Made by a program: the position numbers and the translations under genes. 64,000 nt of DNA from Lama glama (Eukaryota): the NCBI GenBank assembly GCA_028534125.1, contig CM052816.1:19222001-19286000 (forward strand), in the 5' to 3' direction. The notes below the pieces were generated by a model. It did not search any database. It was not told the DNA's origin and saw only the letters and a program-made list of their open reading frames with translations. Position 1 is the first letter of the stretch. Each line of letters opens with the position of its first letter. This document shows positions 60,701 through 64,000 of the stretch, piece after piece.

Positions 60701-62169
60701 TGCTCCAAAGGCAGTCGGCACCCAGGAGGAAACATGCCAAAGAATTTCTTCGACATTAAATTATGAGGTGAGCTGAAAAAACACAACTAAATCACCCCTA
60801 GTCCAGGGCTCACGTGAGCCCCTTGACTAAGAAAATAACCTTTCAGGGCTGGATTCTCAGCAGTCATTTGGCCAAATACCAGAGTCCCTTCCCCATGATT
60901 TCAGAGACCAGGAGGGAAGAACATTTCAGCCTTAGATGAGTCAAGAGACAATCACCTATAAACAGAAACTGGGTTTCAGGGCCAGCCCCCCTCTAACAGG
61001 CTAGAGATAAGGTGTCCGGGTTAGACATAAGTCAGCCAGATGGAAACAGCTTGACCGCTGTTGGCAAAATGAGGGTGTCAGTGGTCCAGCTATGCTGCTG
61101 AGTGGCATAAAGCACGGATGCCCCGCTGGACCTCGGATGCTGAGTTTAAGGCACATGCGTGCTGCAGGCGGGAGGGGTTGAGAGGGACATAGTCTTTGTG
61201 TATGAAACCACCATGGAATGAAAACACATTGCGTCTCCAAAGCGGCTGAGTGCTGGTCTGCGGGCCAACAGCAGCTGTGACTCTCGGCCATCTCCAGCAG
61301 AGCCTAGGGGGGAGCCATGGCTCCTGACCCCCTCTCCAAAACAGGAATGAGGGCATCACCACCACATATGTCCTCTGCCGCTCAGCTACCAAAGCACATG
61401 TGACATTCTCAAAGCCAGGTCAAATCCATTCCTAAGACTTGATCCATTCAGACAGAACCTGGAAAGAGGTTTAGTTCTGCCCCCAGATGGTTCAGAAATG
61501 TGACTGCTGCACTGCTCTGTATCCAAACGCCCAAAACAGCCACCAGACTAGAGCCCCACTTTGTTAAAAGTGCCTTACAGAGCTATTTGCATGGGTGAAC
61601 TCCAGCCCACACATGGTGGTTTCCCAACTTCCCCAGAACAGAAATGCCCATCTATGATACTGGGGATAGTTCACTGTGCAGTGAAAGGCCCATGGCTTCC
61701 AATGAGACAGCTCTGAACTGAAACTCCTACTCCTTTCTTTCTGACCTTCAGCTGAAGTTGCCTGTGCTGTCAGTCCATCTACACCCTGGGAACTTTCCCA
61801 GGAAGGAAGGAACAAGGGAGGCCTGGACAGAGCCCTCTGCCCAGTGTCAAGAAAGCCAAGTGGTACAGGCTGGCTCATCCTCCCCAGTTCCACTGTCTCC
61901 CAGCAGAGCAGGGGCCCCATGTCAGGGGGACTCAGCACATACCTCCCACTGTGGCTCATGTACAGCCCACACCAAACCCTTCCCAGACACCACTGCCACA
62001 CGAGGACCCAGAGTGGTCTGGCTTCTGTTCTCAGCGACACCCTCAACCTTCCATTGGCTGCATGGCCGCCTGAGAGGCAGGACGCCAAGAGAGGAGGCAT
62101 CCTGTACATCATATTCCAGGGCAGGTTGGCTCAGGGGCCACAGATGAGGACCCAGGAAAGGTAGGAGGA

Positions 62170-62860
62170 TCAGCCGAGGGACCTTCAAGAGACAGCCGCA
62201 GGTCTGCCAGTCTGTGGGCCTTGGCTGGAACACGGAGGCTGCCACAGAGAAGTCATTAACAATTGGAGCCCGGGTTTGGAAGCCAGGCCTGGCAAGTCCT
62301 ACCAGCGCGGCTCCTCCCGGCGTCACCACCGCAGGCGGCCAACAGGTGGCAGGAGAGCTTCGGGGAGCGCTCACCTGAGGGCCGTGACTCGCCGGCCTCC
62401 GCAACCGGCAAAGGCCGAGGTCTCGCTCAAACACCACGGGAAGGAAGGGACCCCCGGGAAGGACGAGCCAGAAAGGAAGGAGCAGAATGGACGCGTGGGA
62501 GCCAGCCAGCTGGGGCTCTCCTTCCGCCCGCGGCGCAGAGAAGGCGCTCCAGGCTCGGGCCCCGCATCTCCCACCTACCCCCCGCCCCCAGAGAAAGAGG
62601 GGAGACTTTGCTTGGTGCGAACCCGTGTGGCGGGAGGACCCGGACCCAGAGAGTCCCGATGCAGGGTCCCCCAGCTTGGCATCCCGCCGGGCAGACCGGA
62701 GACCAGGACCCGTCGGATCCTCTGATCTGGGCTCATCCTCTGTCCGCAGCCGGGTTTAGAATTACTCGTAAAGATCAAGAGTCCGGAGCGGGAAGTGGCT
62801 GACGGAGGTGAGAGAGGCAGCCCAGAGATACGGGGTCGTGGCTGTCATCGGCACCCCTTC
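62170..62860. promoter_or_regulatory. CpG island
   Basis: About 0.7 kb of very GC-rich sequence with dense CpGs (gcgcgg, cccgcggcgc, ccgccgggc), against a CpG-depleted background. Confidence 0.8.
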
Positions 62861-64000
62861 TTGGCTTCTTGCTACAAGCAGTGACGATAAAATTACGTTT
62901 TTTAAGAACCCAAACGGTAACAGAGGAATCTTGCTTGCCTCTTTATAAATAACTGCAGCATTTCCTACCACCAAATTCCAAAGCTAACAGAGGGAACCCC
63001 TTCAGCAATGCCACAACACTTTGTTATGTATGGCCTCACACGTTACAGACAGTGAAAGGAATCCATCAGGTTTAATTGGTTCTGCTCTGGTCAGAACTGA
63101 GGTCTCTAGAAGCCTCCCATATACTTAACAATTTTCAGTTTGAGAACCCTAAACTAATGATGTGAAGCTAATGTAGTGTAGCACAAAGTGCCCTCTCTGC
63201 CAGTAGGAAATAATTTCTGCAGTGCTTCTAAAAACCAAACCAAACCAAACAAATAAATCAAATGATTTTACAATGTGGAAAAGCCATGAGCGGGCTGGGC
63301 TGGAGCTCTGTTTGGGGGAAGCAGGCGGTTTGGGCGGCTCGGAGCGTGTCAGCCACCGGCCACGAGCTGCTTTGCTGGGCTCGGGGTGCCTGCAGCTGGG
63401 AGCATTCGAGCCTCTGGCCCAGCACTCACAGGAAAACAATCTGGGCCACAAATTCAAAATGACAGTTTTAACAAATACGATTTCAGCTTTTATATTTGGA
63501 TTTAGGAAGGGGATGATGGCCTTCCCCAGGAATCACTATTAAATAATAAGCTTATAACATATTTGCTGATGGCAAGATAGACCCTGCTTCAAATTAACTT
63601 TAAAACGTGCTGCTGATATGGCTTGTACTTAGAAGGAAAACAAAGCTGGCGACTGGGTAGATTTAGTCTAGGGGCAAACGTACAGAAATGTACACAAAGC
63701 TGATCAGCGCTTTTGCTACCTGAACGGCTGGCCAAAGGAGCCTTTAACATTTAAGTTGGTTTCTTGAAGATTTCCAAGAAAACTTTTTTTCCCTAAACTG
63801 ATTAGAATATTTTTTTTTAACAATTAAAGCAGGGTCAAGCTCTGACAATTTCACCGTCTCGGAAGTTGCAGACATTTTTTAATGCATTTACTTTATTGTG
63901 AAATTGCAATTTGTTAATGAAAGAGAATTGGTTGCATCTGTCTGTTTACAAGTTTTTAATATCCACCAGTCATTTGACCAATGTAGAAAGCAAATAAATA

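Noticed and set aside
455..63542. Several hundred ORFs of 60-242 aa in the ORF track
   Set aside because: They overlap in all frames, have Pro/Ser/Gly/Leu-rich composition typical of GC-rich non-coding DNA, and many start at non-ATG codons. The only recognisable peptides are L1-derived.
1..64000. Novel multi-gene biological system
   Set aside because: I detected no coding genes, intact transposase/RT frames, viral genes or arrays. The unusual features are insertion-mechanism footprints and candidate regulatory elements.

Overview
This is mammalian non-coding genomic DNA (intron or intergenic), most likely camelid. Three tRNA-Ala(AGC)-derived SINEs resemble camelid Vic-1, one with the AAACCTAATTACC-C-rich tail, and I recognised no Alu, B1/B2, Bov-A/BovB, PRE1 or Can-SINE copies. 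I found no protein-coding exon or intact gene. The ORF track is explained by chance ORFs and L1 remnants. The window is a mosaic of old eutherian repeats (MIR, L2, L3/CR1, L1M, MLT1C, LTR16-like, MER3, MER5A, MER63, MER119-like, Tigger2-family), two younger L1 insertions and simple repeats. Between them lie repeat-free, motif-rich blocks that look like enhancers, and there is a CpG island near 62.2-62.9 kb. The best-supported unusual observations are: (i) a twin-primed, 5'-inverted L1 with a 15-bp TSD; (ii) a 3'-truncated, tail-less L1 piece with a perfect 16-bp non-canonical TSD that preserves frame in a chimeric LTR/L1 ORF; (iii) a SINE copy with a near-complete tRNA cloverleaf, an AGC-to-AGT anticodon change and a T6 terminator; (iv) hints of a minus-strand, probably non-coding transcription unit. 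I see no evidence of a novel multi-gene system. Repeat families are called from recalled consensus sequences, and boundaries of old repeats are approximate.
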